DNA of 42,663 nucleotides. Source: Ilumatobacteraceae bacterium. GTDB lineage: Bacteria > Actinomycetota > Acidimicrobiia > Acidimicrobiales > Ilumatobacteraceae. The notes under the pieces were generated by a model. The model saw only the letters and a program-made list of their open reading frames with translations. It did not search any database and was not told the DNA's origin. The position numbers and the translations under genes are program-made. Of the stretch, positions 27,851 to 36,708 are shown piece after piece (positions within the stretch are counted from its first letter, which is position 1; each line of letters begins with the position of its first letter). Location: assembly GCA_964203725.1 (NCBI GenBank), contig CAXNNK010000001.1, positions 1-42,663 of the forward strand. Reading direction: 5' to 3'.

Positions 27851-28706
27851 TCAGTGCTTGCACTTCGCGAATATTCATTTGGTGCGACGTGTGCAACGTG
27901 AGGTCGCCAATGGTTCCGCTTGTGCCTACATTTGTTGACCATGTGACATGCCACTGCACGGCAACGTCGGCCTCGAAAAGTCCAGTTAATTGCGTTGCCG
28001 ATGAGTGATGGTAGGTGTACATGCACGGAGATGACATGTGGTCTCCAAATTGCGACATCCAAATTAATCCAGAATTGTTGCAGGTGATTGGGCCCGAACC
28101 CAAGTTGCCGTCACCTGGATCAAAAATCAGTTTCTTTGGTGTGGCTTTAGTAGTCACAGAGAAAAGACCCATCGGTGTCATGACGGATGCAGTGAGTTTG
28201 ACGGGGATCCACAGCACGGGATTAACCCAAATCCATGTGCCAACATCGACAAACCCTCGTCGTGCTGGCGGTGCAAAGTTGCCCCAGAGTGCCGGCAAGT
28301 TGTCGTAAACAATTGATGCTGCATGTTCGGTGAGTTGTTTTGTCGAGACTTGGGGAAGCCAGTGGTATGTAGTTTGTTTATCCTGATCGGGACATGTGAA
28401 GTCAAACAACTTGTATGTGATTGACCCAATTTGCTTGGTTACGGCTGTGCCGGGTCCAGTTGCGCTCGCATCGCGAGGTAAAGATTCCGACCATTCGCAT
28501 TCCGTGTCAGCGCCTCCACCGTTCACTGGAGATGCTCCGTATTCGACGCCAGCCATTATTTGATCACCTCGAACTGCGCTGCTGATATCGACTGTTGAGT
28601 CTGGGGCTGGCGAGGATTGGATGGCGTGCACTGTGTTCGGATTTTGGAACATCAAAATTGATGTGACCACAAGAAGAGCCGTTGTCTGTCTCACGGTTGA
28701 TTTCAT
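27840..28706 (-). CDS. Secreted hypothetical protein (signal peptide, 4 Cys)
   Basis: MKSTVRQTTALLVVTSILMFQNPNTVHA signal, then a Trp-rich beta-looking domain (WIWVNPVLWIPV, VAVQWHVTWSTN). No family recognised. Confidence 0.6.
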   Translation of the reverse strand: MKSTVRQTTALLVVTSILMFQNPNTVHAIQSSPAPDSTVDISSAVRGDQIMAGVEYGASPVNGGGADTECEWSESLPRDASATGPGTAVTKQIGSITYKLFDFTCPDQDKQTTYHWLPQVSTKQLTEHAASIVYDNLPALWGNFAPPARRGFVDVGTWIWVNPVLWIPVKLTASVMTPMGLFSVTTKATPKKLIFDPGDGNLGSGPITCNNSGLIWMSQFGDHMSSPCMYTYHHSSATQLTGLFEADVAVQWHVTWSTNVGTSGTIGDLTLHTSHQMNIREVQALISR

Positions 28707-29347
28707 GGCTTGTCAAATCCACATTGATCAACGTCGAATTTGATCATGCTTGCCGACCACGAAAAGAATTTCCATGTGCCATTGTCCAACTTGAGTACCC
28801 ACGTAGACAGATATGAACTCACGGCGTCGTTGAAGATGATGTCGTCGGCGGCACTGTCAGTCGCGCCGGCATCGACCAAGACCATCGAGTCATATGTGCA
28901 TGCGTTGACTAATGCTGTGTTGTTGTCGACAAGGCTTAATGAATCAATACGCACGAGTGCAACACCAGTGTCTTTTCGTGCGCGAATATTGGCAGCCGAA
29001 TAGTCGCGTATGAGGCGATTGAGATATTCACGCCAAGGCGAATCTGGCACGGTAATCCGTGAGGCAACGCACTTTTTTGGCGCCAACATGCAGATGTTGA
29101 AGATGTGTTGATTCGAATTGAAATGACTGCGCAGTTGTGTAATCGCGTCAGGATTTGCGTCAGGAATTGTGACGGGTGTTGTAGTTGAAATTGATGGAAC
29201 CAGATCCATCACAATGTCAGTTTTTTCTGTTTTTTCGAGTTTTGTGAAGTCCAATGGTGTTGCTTCTCTGTCGCCTACGCCCAATTGCACGACGCAAGAA
29301 CACAACACAACAGCCAGTGGAATAAGTAGGCATTTCCTGAACGACAT
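28703..29347 (-). CDS. Secreted protein or possible lipoprotein, hypothetical; NTF2-like C-terminus suspected
   Basis: MSFRKCLLIPLAVVLCSC signal with an imperfect lipobox. The C-terminal YLSTWVLKLDNGTWKFFSWS looks NTF2/SnoaL-like. 4-nt overlap with the downstream gene. Confidence 0.55.
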   Translation of the reverse strand: MSFRKCLLIPLAVVLCSCVVQLGVGDREATPLDFTKLEKTEKTDIVMDLVPSISTTTPVTIPDANPDAITQLRSHFNSNQHIFNICMLAPKKCVASRITVPDSPWREYLNRLIRDYSAANIRARKDTGVALVRIDSLSLVDNNTALVNACTYDSMVLVDAGATDSAADDIIFNDAVSSYLSTWVLKLDNGTWKFFSWSASMIKFDVDQCGFDKP

Positions 29348-29484
29348 CCGATCCTCCTTGTTTGATGACCGAATGTGGATATTGACAGTCCAACAGTGCG
29401 ATTGGCAGATCGAGCCCTACAAAGTCCCATCAAATCAACCGAAAAACAGTGTGGATGCAGACGGTAGAATTTCTAGACCCCAAA

Positions 29485-31626
29485 ATGAGCCAACAACACC
29501 CAGACCTCGCGGCCGAACAGGCCCACATCGACAGGGCATATGAGTGCCTTGAGCGCAGTCGCACCGACGCGTGGCGTATTCGGACTCTCAACGAAGCCGA
29601 CACGGGTGGCACATTTCAGGCCCGTTATGAGCGCAACGCGTTTGACGAGCAATTGGTTTTGCGACTGACCCAATTAGACCTAGGCGATGCTGCCCTCGTG
29701 TTTGGGCGCATCGATCGATTTGGTGAAGCAGAGGGCGAGATTGAAAGTTTTCATATTGGTCGTCTTGCCGTGGCAGATGAACATCGCGATCCAGTAGTTG
29801 TCGATTGGCGTGCACCGGTGTCTGAGCCGTTTTATCGAGCGACTGGACGTGAGGCAATGGGTCTTGCCCGCCGCCGCCACTTCGCTGTTAATGGCCAAAA
29901 GCTGTTGGGCATCGAAGATGAATTGTTTGGCGAAGGGCACTTAGGTGTTGGGCAGGACGAAGGTCTTGGTGGTGGTGTTGCTTCTGGTGTCGAGCAAACT
30001 GCAACGGGTTTGCGCGGGTATTCAACATTGTTAACAGCACTGGCACGCGGACGCACTGGCCAACTTGGCGACATCGTTGCAACTATCCAAGCCGAACAAG
30101 ATCAGATTATTCGCTCGAGTCACAATGGCGTGCTTGTAGTGCAAGGTGGTCCGGGCACTGGTAAGACAGTCGTTGCATTGCACCGTGCTGCGTATCTGTT
30201 GTACACATTTCGCTTTCCGCTCGAAGATCAAGGCGTGTTAGTCATTGGCCCAAACCGTGTGTTCTTGCGCTACATCGAACAAGTATTGCCATCGTTGGGT
30301 GAAGCAGGTGTTGAACAAGTTGTGCTTGCCGATTTGGTACCCGGTCATCGCATTGGAGTCATTGACACCAATGCAGCAAAACGTGTCAAGGGCGATATCA
30401 GAATGGCAAAGGTGTTGACAAAAGCAGTTCACGACCGTCAGCGCCCAGTGCGTGATGATGTCGAGATTCCGTATGGTGCGGGTTTTATGCGCTTGCGGGC
30501 CACAGAGTCTGCGCGTATCGTGCGCGATGCACGACGACGGTACCGACGACATAATGCCGCCCATAGGTGGGTAGAAACCGAAGTGGTCTCGGCAATGATC
30601 GCGTCCAGCCGTAATCCAGACGCCAGTGTTGATGCAATGCGTGATTCGTTGCGTGATATTCCCGAGTTTCGCGCCACGCTCTCGCGTATGTGGCCGATGC
30701 TCACACCAGCCGAATTGCTGCATGACTTATTTGGATCTGCGGCGCTTGTGCGTTCGGCGGCCAAAGACGAGCTTGATGCCCAAGAGCATGAGTGCCTCGT
30801 GCGCGCGCGCAGTAATTCGATAGCCGAAGTGTTGTGGAGCGATAGTGACGTTGCATTGCTCGACGAAGCACTTGCGTTGTTGGGGCCACGACCGCGCAAA
30901 AACGGCAAGATTGATGAGACCGACGAGGTGCGCGTGTTTGGGCACATCGTGATTGACGAAGTGCAAGACCTCACACCGATGCAGTTGCGCATGGCATCAC
31001 GCAGGTCACTCAGTGGAGCAATGACTGTTGTTGGCGACTTGGCCCAGGCAACCGGCCCATTTGCACCAAATTCTTGGTCAGATTTGTTGCAATATCTGCC
31101 AAACAAGCGCGAGCAAGAAGTCATTGGGCTATCGGTTGGTTACCGAATACCTGCTCAGATCATGTCGCTGGCCGACAAGGTGATGCTGGAAGCAGCGCCG
31201 TCTTTGCGTGCACCAAAGTCTGTTCGTGAAGGAGATTTTGGTCCTGCAATTGTTGCTGCAAAAAATAGCACTGAGCTCATCGACGTTGTGATTGAGCAAG
31301 CAAAACTTTTGCTGACCAATGTGGGAGAAGGAAATGTTGCGATCGTATGCCCAGACGATATGACAGACACGATCGATAGCGCACTCAGTGCAGCGGGCGT
31401 TGCACACGGACGCGCAAACACCACGGCGCTTGACTCGCGCCTGACCGTAGTGCCAGTGAGCGTTGTCAAGGGTCTCGAATTAGATGGCGTGCTCGTTGTT
31501 GAACCAGCACGCATTGTTGCCAGCCAAGTGCACGGATTGCGGGCACTGTATGTTGCGCTTACTCGTTCGACACAACGCTTAACCGTGGTGCACTTCGAGC
31601 CGTTGCCTGCATCAATGCAGAGCTAA
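29485..31626 (+). CDS. helD: HelD-type UvrD-like helicase (RNA polymerase recycling ATPase)
   Basis: N-terminal DLAAEQAHIDRAYECLE coiled segment, Walker A QGGPGTGKT, motif II VIDEVQDL, VKGLELDGVLVV, YVALTRS. ATG 29485 chosen. Confidence 0.8.
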   Translation: MSQQHPDLAAEQAHIDRAYECLERSRTDAWRIRTLNEADTGGTFQARYERNAFDEQLVLRLTQLDLGDAALVFGRIDRFGEAEGEIESFHIGRLAVADEHRDPVVVDWRAPVSEPFYRATGREAMGLARRRHFAVNGQKLLGIEDELFGEGHLGVGQDEGLGGGVASGVEQTATGLRGYSTLLTALARGRTGQLGDIVATIQAEQDQIIRSSHNGVLVVQGGPGTGKTVVALHRAAYLLYTFRFPLEDQGVLVIGPNRVFLRYIEQVLPSLGEAGVEQVVLADLVPGHRIGVIDTNAAKRVKGDIRMAKVLTKAVHDRQRPVRDDVEIPYGAGFMRLRATESARIVRDARRRYRRHNAAHRWVETEVVSAMIASSRNPDASVDAMRDSLRDIPEFRATLSRMWPMLTPAELLHDLFGSAALVRSAAKDELDAQEHECLVRARSNSIAEVLWSDSDVALLDEALALLGPRPRKNGKIDETDEVRVFGHIVIDEVQDLTPMQLRMASRRSLSGAMTVVGDLAQATGPFAPNSWSDLLQYLPNKREQEVIGLSVGYRIPAQIMSLADKVMLEAAPSLRAPKSVREGDFGPAIVAAKNSTELIDVVIEQAKLLLTNVGEGNVAIVCPDDMTDTIDSALSAAGVAHGRANTTALDSRLTVVPVSVVKGLELDGVLVVEPARIVASQVHGLRALYVALTRSTQRLTVVHFEPLPASMQS

Positions 31627-31654
31627 TTGCGCTACTAGTTATCGGTGCGGCTCG

Positions 31655-32083
31655 TTACTGCTGCGACTGAATTACTAAATCAAGAAACCGAAGCGCCTTG
31701 TCGGCATCTGCTGGCCGCGTGCGCTCGACCGAGCTAATTGCAAGATCGATAATTCGTTGCATGTCTTCGACCGTTTGATCAACAGTTGGCCCACCGGTAG
31801 CAGAGATTTGTGGTTGCAGAGCATCCCAAATATTGAGCACTGTAGCGAGTGTGGACTTGGCGCGAGTTTTATCTTGATCGGTAAGTGCAGATGACAACTC
31901 GGCAAGAGACGCGTGCAATTGGTCAAACAGTTCGGTTTCTGTGCCGGTTGGCAAGGTTGTGACTGCTGGCTGCGCCAGAGTGGTTGGTGCGGCAAGGTTG
32001 ATAGTTGTTGCACAACTGGAGACCGCAACAGAACACATGCCGAGAAACACGGTTGTGCGAAAAAGTAATGCATTTCTAGTCAT
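31655..32083 (-). CDS. Small helical lipoprotein, hypothetical
   Basis: From ATG 32083: MTRNALLFRTTVFLGMCSVAVSSCATT (lipobox VSSC), then about 110 aa predicted helical. Starts 4 nt after the ideR stop. Confidence 0.55.
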   Translation of the reverse strand: MTRNALLFRTTVFLGMCSVAVSSCATTINLAAPTTLAQPAVTTLPTGTETELFDQLHASLAELSSALTDQDKTRAKSTLATVLNIWDALQPQISATGGPTVDQTVEDMQRIIDLAISSVERTRPADADKALRFLDLVIQSQQ

Positions 32084-32087
32084 ATTT

Positions 32088-32750
32088 CTAGGCAAGAACG
32101 AGAATGCGTGAACTTGTGAACTCATCAAGTGCAACATCAGCGCTGTCAACACGAACAACGCGTGATCCATCTTTGTTTGATGTGATTACTGTTCCGCTGT
32201 GTCCAGGCTTGATGTTGGCTTGTTCAAGAAGCTCGAGTACACCAGATGCAAACTCGAGTTCTTCGGGAATGCGATTGACGGTGAATAACTTGCCTTCTGC
32301 AACTTCGCACAATGGGGTGATCCGCTCCTGTTGGTATGACGATCCTGGAATTGGATTGCCATGGGGGCACGTGGTCGGATTCTGTAGCACGCGGTTCATC
32401 GCAGTCTCCACGTCCAAATTCATGATGTGCTCCCACTTGCCAGCTTCGTGGTGTGCATTTGCCCACGAGAGACCGAGTATGTCGGTGAGAAATCGTTCGG
32501 CAATGCGGTGACGGCGCACCACGCGCTCGGCAAGTACGTCACCATCTGCTGTGAGTGAGATTTTTGCGCCACGAACAACGATAAGACCTTCGAGTTCCAT
32601 GCGCTTGATCATTTCGGAAACCGAAGGGCGAGACACACCAAGTCGATCCGCAACGCGTGCTTGAATGACATCGACTTGGTCTTCTCGCAACTCAAAAATA
32701 CATTCGCAATATTCTTCGAATGCTGGGTGATGTTCGCCGGTCGTAGCCAT
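32088..32750 (-). CDS. ideR: Iron-dependent repressor, DtxR/IdeR family
   Basis: RHRIAERFLTDILGLSW, EAGKWEHIM and NPTTCPHGNPIPG (identical to the mycobacterial IdeR block as I recall it), plus a C-terminal SH3-like domain. Confidence 0.9.
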   Translation of the reverse strand: MATTGEHHPAFEEYCECIFELREDQVDVIQARVADRLGVSRPSVSEMIKRMELEGLIVVRGAKISLTADGDVLAERVVRRHRIAERFLTDILGLSWANAHHEAGKWEHIMNLDVETAMNRVLQNPTTCPHGNPIPGSSYQQERITPLCEVAEGKLFTVNRIPEELEFASGVLELLEQANIKPGHSGTVITSNKDGSRVVRVDSADVALDEFTSSRILVLA

Positions 32751-33347
32751 TTAGTCTCCTAGAGTTTCTCGTCCGACACCGCGGAGACCAGCCCACACGA
32801 GGTCTGCAACTTGTTTTCCTATGACGTCTGGATCGAAGTCAATGTTGTTATCGAGCAAGTAGCGCACAACACCCTCTGTTGCGCCGATGACTCCATGTGC
32901 AAGCGTGCGCAAATGTGTGGGATCGAGATCAATAGCGATCAGGGGTGCTATTGCATTTGCCGAATTGTCAACAACTCGACGAACCGCGATAGCAAACTCA
33001 ACATCGTTGCGTGTGCCACTGTCAAACAAAAACTTGAAACGATTTTGATCTGTTGCTGCCCAACGAAAGAAAGCGATTGTTCCTTGTTCGGCTTGCAACC
33101 TGCCACTCGTGGCCTGCACTGTTGCTTTGGTGATCTCGTTGATCATTTGTGTACCGGCGTCTTCAATGAGGGCCAAGAACAGTGCACGCTTGGACTCGAA
33201 ATGTTGATACACAACGGGTTTTGTTATGCCGGCCATGTCGGCTATGTCGTTCATGGACGACTCGTGGAAACCCTTGGCCGCAAACACCTTTAAGGCGACG
33301 TCAAGGATCTGGTCTTTGCGTTCATGAGCGGGGAGTCTTAATGGCAT
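32751..33347 (-). CDS. TetR-family transcriptional regulator
   Basis: ERKDQILDVALKVFAAKGFHESSMNDIADMAGITKPVVYQHFESKRALF (TetR HTH). The stop codon directly abuts the ideR ATG. Confidence 0.85.
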   Translation of the reverse strand: MPLRLPAHERKDQILDVALKVFAAKGFHESSMNDIADMAGITKPVVYQHFESKRALFLALIEDAGTQMINEITKATVQATSGRLQAEQGTIAFFRWAATDQNRFKFLFDSGTRNDVEFAIAVRRVVDNSANAIAPLIAIDLDPTHLRTLAHGVIGATEGVVRYLLDNNIDFDPDVIGKQVADLVWAGLRGVGRETLGD

Positions 33348-33365
33348 GTCTCTCCTACCGTACTC

Positions 33366-33375
33366 GTGTCGACAC
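33366..33375. promoter_or_regulatory. Perfect 10-bp palindrome GTGTCGACAC upstream of the TetR gene (candidate operator)
   Basis: Read directly. It lies 19-28 nt upstream of the TetR ATG (33347), in a 46-nt gap. Confidence 0.3.
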
Positions 33376-33393
33376 ACTGCACCTATTCGCGTG

Positions 33394-33663
33394 CTAAACG
33401 CCGTTTAATCGGTCTTCTTTTTCGGCCGATTTAATTGCATAGCCCAAAACAATTGCGGGGGCAAGCAAGATTGAGCCAACGACAAGTCCTGCAGTGGCGA
33501 GGCGACCGATGAGGGGAGTGAAAGTGCCAAGAAGTCCTACCGCAACTGCGGCAATGGACACACCAAATGCGAGGTAGCCAAAGCGATTGGCCCGTTTTGT
33601 CCATACGGCGATAAGGCTGCGACGACGCCGGACTGGATCAGGAGTTTGTGGTGATGATGTCAT
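33394..33663 (-). CDS. Small two-TM membrane protein, hypothetical
   Basis: 89 codons with an Arg-rich N-terminus and two hydrophobic helices (YLAFGVSIAAVAVGLLGTF, AGLVVGSILLAPAIVLGYAI). Confidence 0.5.
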   Translation of the reverse strand: MTSSPQTPDPVRRRRSLIAVWTKRANRFGYLAFGVSIAAVAVGLLGTFTPLIGRLATAGLVVGSILLAPAIVLGYAIKSAEKEDRLNGV

Positions 33664-33705
33664 AGCCTCAAACCCATGGTAGAGGGCGCACAGGTGAATG
33701 CAGGC

Positions 33706-34437
33706 ATGACCGTTTCACTGGATTGGCGCGACCAAGTAGCTATCGTCACTATCAATAGGCCCGAACGTCGAAACGCACTTGACGTGCCAACTCTGCGTGC
33801 ATTGCGCCAAGCACAACGTGATGCACTCGAGAAATCGGCGCGAGTGTTGGTGCTCACTGGTGCAGCGCCCACATTTTGTGCTGGCGCAGATTTGGGTGGA
33901 GTTCATGAGGACGAATTTCATGAAGCACTGCAAGTCGTGCTTCGGGGTTTTACCGAACTCCCATTTGTAACAATGGCTGCTGTTGATGGGCCGGCTTTGG
34001 GTGCCGGTGCGCAACTACTTGTGGCGTGTGACGTGCGAGTAGCCACACCGACCAGTGTGATTGGTGTGCCCGCAGCAAAACTTGGGTTGGTCGTCAATCA
34101 TTGGACGGTCGAGCGCATCGTGCGCGAATTGTCGTGGCCGGTTGCGCGTGCAATGTTGCTCACTGCCACCACCTATACGGGTGCGCAGTTGGCCGGCCTG
34201 GGTTCGGTGCATCGTCTTGGCACTCTCGATGACGCACTCGCATGGGCGAGCGAGATTGCGCAACTTGCACCGCTCACAATCTCTGGTCACAAGATCGCAC
34301 TCGAATCGACAGCAGGAATTCCTGGTGTTGATGAATTGGTGCGAGCGGCGCGCGAAAAGGCAATGTTGTCGAGCGATGCACAAGAAGGTCGTACTGCGTT
34401 TGCCGAAAAACGTAAGCCTAGGTTTATTGGCTCATGA
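33706..34437 (+). CDS. Enoyl-CoA hydratase/isomerase (crotonase) family protein
   Basis: VAIVTINRPERRNAL and oxyanion-hole FCAGADLGG. An alternative ATG lies at 33676. ATGA overlap with ccmA. Confidence 0.8.
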   Translation: MTVSLDWRDQVAIVTINRPERRNALDVPTLRALRQAQRDALEKSARVLVLTGAAPTFCAGADLGGVHEDEFHEALQVVLRGFTELPFVTMAAVDGPALGAGAQLLVACDVRVATPTSVIGVPAAKLGLVVNHWTVERIVRELSWPVARAMLLTATTYTGAQLAGLGSVHRLGTLDDALAWASEIAQLAPLTISGHKIALESTAGIPGVDELVRAAREKAMLSSDAQEGRTAFAEKRKPRFIGS

Positions 34438-35069
34438 GTCTGGTTGTCGATTTTCGCGATGCTGTCGTTGTGTTCAACGGTTTTCCGGCACTCGCAGGAG
34501 CTACGTTTCAAGTAACACGCGGTGAAGTCGTGTTATTGCAGGGGCCAAACGGTGCTGGCAAGACAACGCTGTTGCGCGCGTGCGCGGGGTTGTTGCCAGT
34601 CGTGCGTGGAGACGCCAACGTGTTGGGTGTCGACCTGTGTGTCGACCGCCAGTCGGTGCGAGCCCGTGTTGGTTTACTTGGGCACGCCAACGGTTTGTTT
34701 GCTGACTTAACAATTCGAGAAAATATTTTGTTTTGGGCGCAGGTTATTGGTGCCTCCACAGACGAAGTCAACGCGACGATGCATCGAATGGGTATTGATG
34801 GACGAATAGCTGAGCAAAAAGTTTCGCTGTTGTCGGCCGGGCAAAAACGTCGCTGTGCATTGGCATGTCTTGTTGTGCGTAGAGCCGAGTTGTGGCTGCT
34901 TGACGAACCCCATGCAGGATTGGATGCAAAGGGTCGGGACGAAATAGATGCAATCATTCGCGAAGCCTCGTCGTTTGGTGCAACAGTGTTGATTGCATCT
35001 CATGAACTCGAACGCACCAAGGGTCTTGCAACGCGCTGTGTTTTTGTTGTGGCTGGGCAGGTGCAGTGA
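34434..35069 (+). CDS. ccmA: Heme exporter ATP-binding protein CcmA
   Basis: GPNGAGKTTLL (Walker A), LSAGQKRRCALA (signature), LWLLDEPHAGLD (Walker B). About 211 aa, followed by ccmB and ccmC. Confidence 0.85.
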   Translation: MSLVVDFRDAVVVFNGFPALAGATFQVTRGEVVLLQGPNGAGKTTLLRACAGLLPVVRGDANVLGVDLCVDRQSVRARVGLLGHANGLFADLTIRENILFWAQVIGASTDEVNATMHRMGIDGRIAEQKVSLLSAGQKRRCALACLVVRRAELWLLDEPHAGLDAKGRDEIDAIIREASSFGATVLIASHELERTKGLATRCVFVVAGQVQ

Positions 35070-35776
35070 TGAGCAATCTAGAAGTACGACCAATTTCGAC
35101 ATTACGTGTTGCGCGCGTGATCGCGTCAAAAGATTTGCGTATCGAATTACGCAGCCGCGTCGTCACGAATCAGGTCTATCCATTTGCCGGTCTTGTCATG
35201 GTGATGTTTGCTTTTGCTCTCGATAACGATGCCGTATTGAGTCGAGTCGCAGGTGGACTTGTGTGGCTTGCGACACTTTTTTCATTGATCATTCTCGTTC
35301 AGCGATCGTTTGCTGTTGACAGTGCCGACGGCGCTCTTGAAGCACAGCGGGTGGCGGGTCTTGATCCTGCAGGAATATTTATTGGGAAAGCAGTTGCTGT
35401 GATGGTGCAGCTCGTGGTGCTTGAGATGTTGTTGTTGCTTGCCGCAGTAGTGCTGTATCGAGTTGAGTTGCGTATTGATGGAGTAGTGCTCTTGGTCACT
35501 TGTGTTATTTGCGCAACAGCGGGTTTAGCGTTCGTAGGTACGCTTTACGGAGGGTTAACTGCTGGAGTACGAGGGCGCGAAACATTGCTGCCATTGTTGA
35601 TGTTGCCGGTTGTTGCACCTGTACTGATTGGCGCAACCCGCGCCACTGAGTCGGCATTTACTAGCGGAGGAGCAGCGGTGTCGGATGGCTGGCCATGGGT
35701 TGGGGTGCTCGCAGTATTTGCTGCGGTGTTCGCGATCGGTGGAATTTTGTCATTCGGATCGTTGATCGAGGAGTAG
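35066..35776 (+). CDS. ccmB: Heme exporter membrane protein CcmB
   Basis: Six-TM, 236 aa protein with LLPLLMLPVVAPVLIGA near the C-terminus. Sits between ccmA and ccmC. GTGA overlap with ccmA. Confidence 0.8.
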   Translation: MMSNLEVRPISTLRVARVIASKDLRIELRSRVVTNQVYPFAGLVMVMFAFALDNDAVLSRVAGGLVWLATLFSLIILVQRSFAVDSADGALEAQRVAGLDPAGIFIGKAVAVMVQLVVLEMLLLLAAVVLYRVELRIDGVVLLVTCVICATAGLAFVGTLYGGLTAGVRGRETLLPLLMLPVVAPVLIGATRATESAFTSGGAAVSDGWPWVGVLAVFAAVFAIGGILSFGSLIEE

Positions 35777-35782
35777 CAACAG

Positions 35783-36574
35783 ATGACGTCAGTGAGTTCA
35801 ACAACTACTCAAACGTTTACCGCAAAGGTTGCAACTCCAACGACTCGACTCGTTGGTGCGATGGCAATTGTGTCATTGGCATGGGTCGTGATGGGTGGCT
35901 TGTTTATCACTCCTAAAGACGTTGATCAGGGTGATGCAGTTCGAATTATGTATGTACACGTACCCACTGCATGGGTCGCATATTTGGCCTTTATTGTCAC
36001 CGCAATTGCATCGGCATGTTGGCTCCTCAGTCGCAAACATGCAATGGGTTTTGATCGTGTGGCCGGTGCATCGGCGGAAGTTGGCGTGATCTTTATGGCC
36101 ATGACGTTGTTGAGTGGCAGCCTTTGGGGTCGCATTACGTGGGGTTCATATTGGGCATGGGATCCCCGACTCACAACAACATCTTTTTTACTAGTGACAT
36201 ATATCGGTTATTTGGCAGTGCGTGGTCTTGGCGGTTCGCTCGAACAACGTGCGCGGAGGTCGGCAGTAATTGCACTGCTCGCAGTTCTCGAAATTCCACT
36301 TGTGCACTTCAGTGTGTTGATGTGGCGCTCATTGCATCAAGAGGCAAGTGTGTTGAGTGGTGACGGCGACATCAAGATGGATGGATCGATGTTGACCACA
36401 CTGTTGGTGGGAGTGATTGGCTTTACTTGCACGTTCGTGTGGTTGGTCATGCATCGTCAGCGAGTGCTGGCAATGCAGGATGCAATGCAATCGAGCCAAC
36501 TCGACGCCGCTCTGCGCGAACGCGCCGACGAAAGCACAACTATAAATACCAACAAAAGCAACGAGTTGATCTGA
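35783..36574 (+). CDS. ccmC: Heme exporter/heme-handling protein CcmC
   Basis: WWD motif WGSYWAWDPRLTTT with flanking conserved His residues (MYVHVP, PLVHFS). Confidence 0.9.
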   Translation: MTSVSSTTTQTFTAKVATPTTRLVGAMAIVSLAWVVMGGLFITPKDVDQGDAVRIMYVHVPTAWVAYLAFIVTAIASACWLLSRKHAMGFDRVAGASAEVGVIFMAMTLLSGSLWGRITWGSYWAWDPRLTTTSFLLVTYIGYLAVRGLGGSLEQRARRSAVIALLAVLEIPLVHFSVLMWRSLHQEASVLSGDGDIKMDGSMLTTLLVGVIGFTCTFVWLVMHRQRVLAMQDAMQSSQLDAALRERADESTTINTNKSNELI

Positions 36575-36708
36575 TGGATCATCTTGGATTTATTTCGGCC
36601 GTATATCTCACAACGTTTGGAGTGATTATTGGGCTTGTCGCAAAAACATTGAAACAAGGTCGTGACTTGGCAAGCAAAGTTGCCGATAAGGACAAGCCTT
36701 GGACTTAA
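36574..36708 (+). CDS. ccmD: Heme exporter protein CcmD (44 aa, single TM)
   Basis: The ATG at 36574 overlaps the ccmC TGA (TGATG). Product is MDHLGFISAVYLTTFGVIIGLVAKTLKQGRDLASKVADKDKPWT. Position and size fit CcmD. It is visible only as the tail of track ORF 36427..36708. Confidence 0.6.
   Translation: MDHLGFISAVYLTTFGVIIGLVAKTLKQGRDLASKVADKDKPWT

Noticed and set aside
29348-29484. Rifamycin-associated element (RAE-type inverted repeat) upstream of helD
   Set aside because: No GC-rich inverted repeat of that type is present. Only a TTGACA hexamer and a TAGAAT -10-like box were seen.
30438-31124. 228-aa ORF antisense to helD
   Set aside because: Ser/Arg/Ala-rich shadow of a gene with clear helicase motifs.
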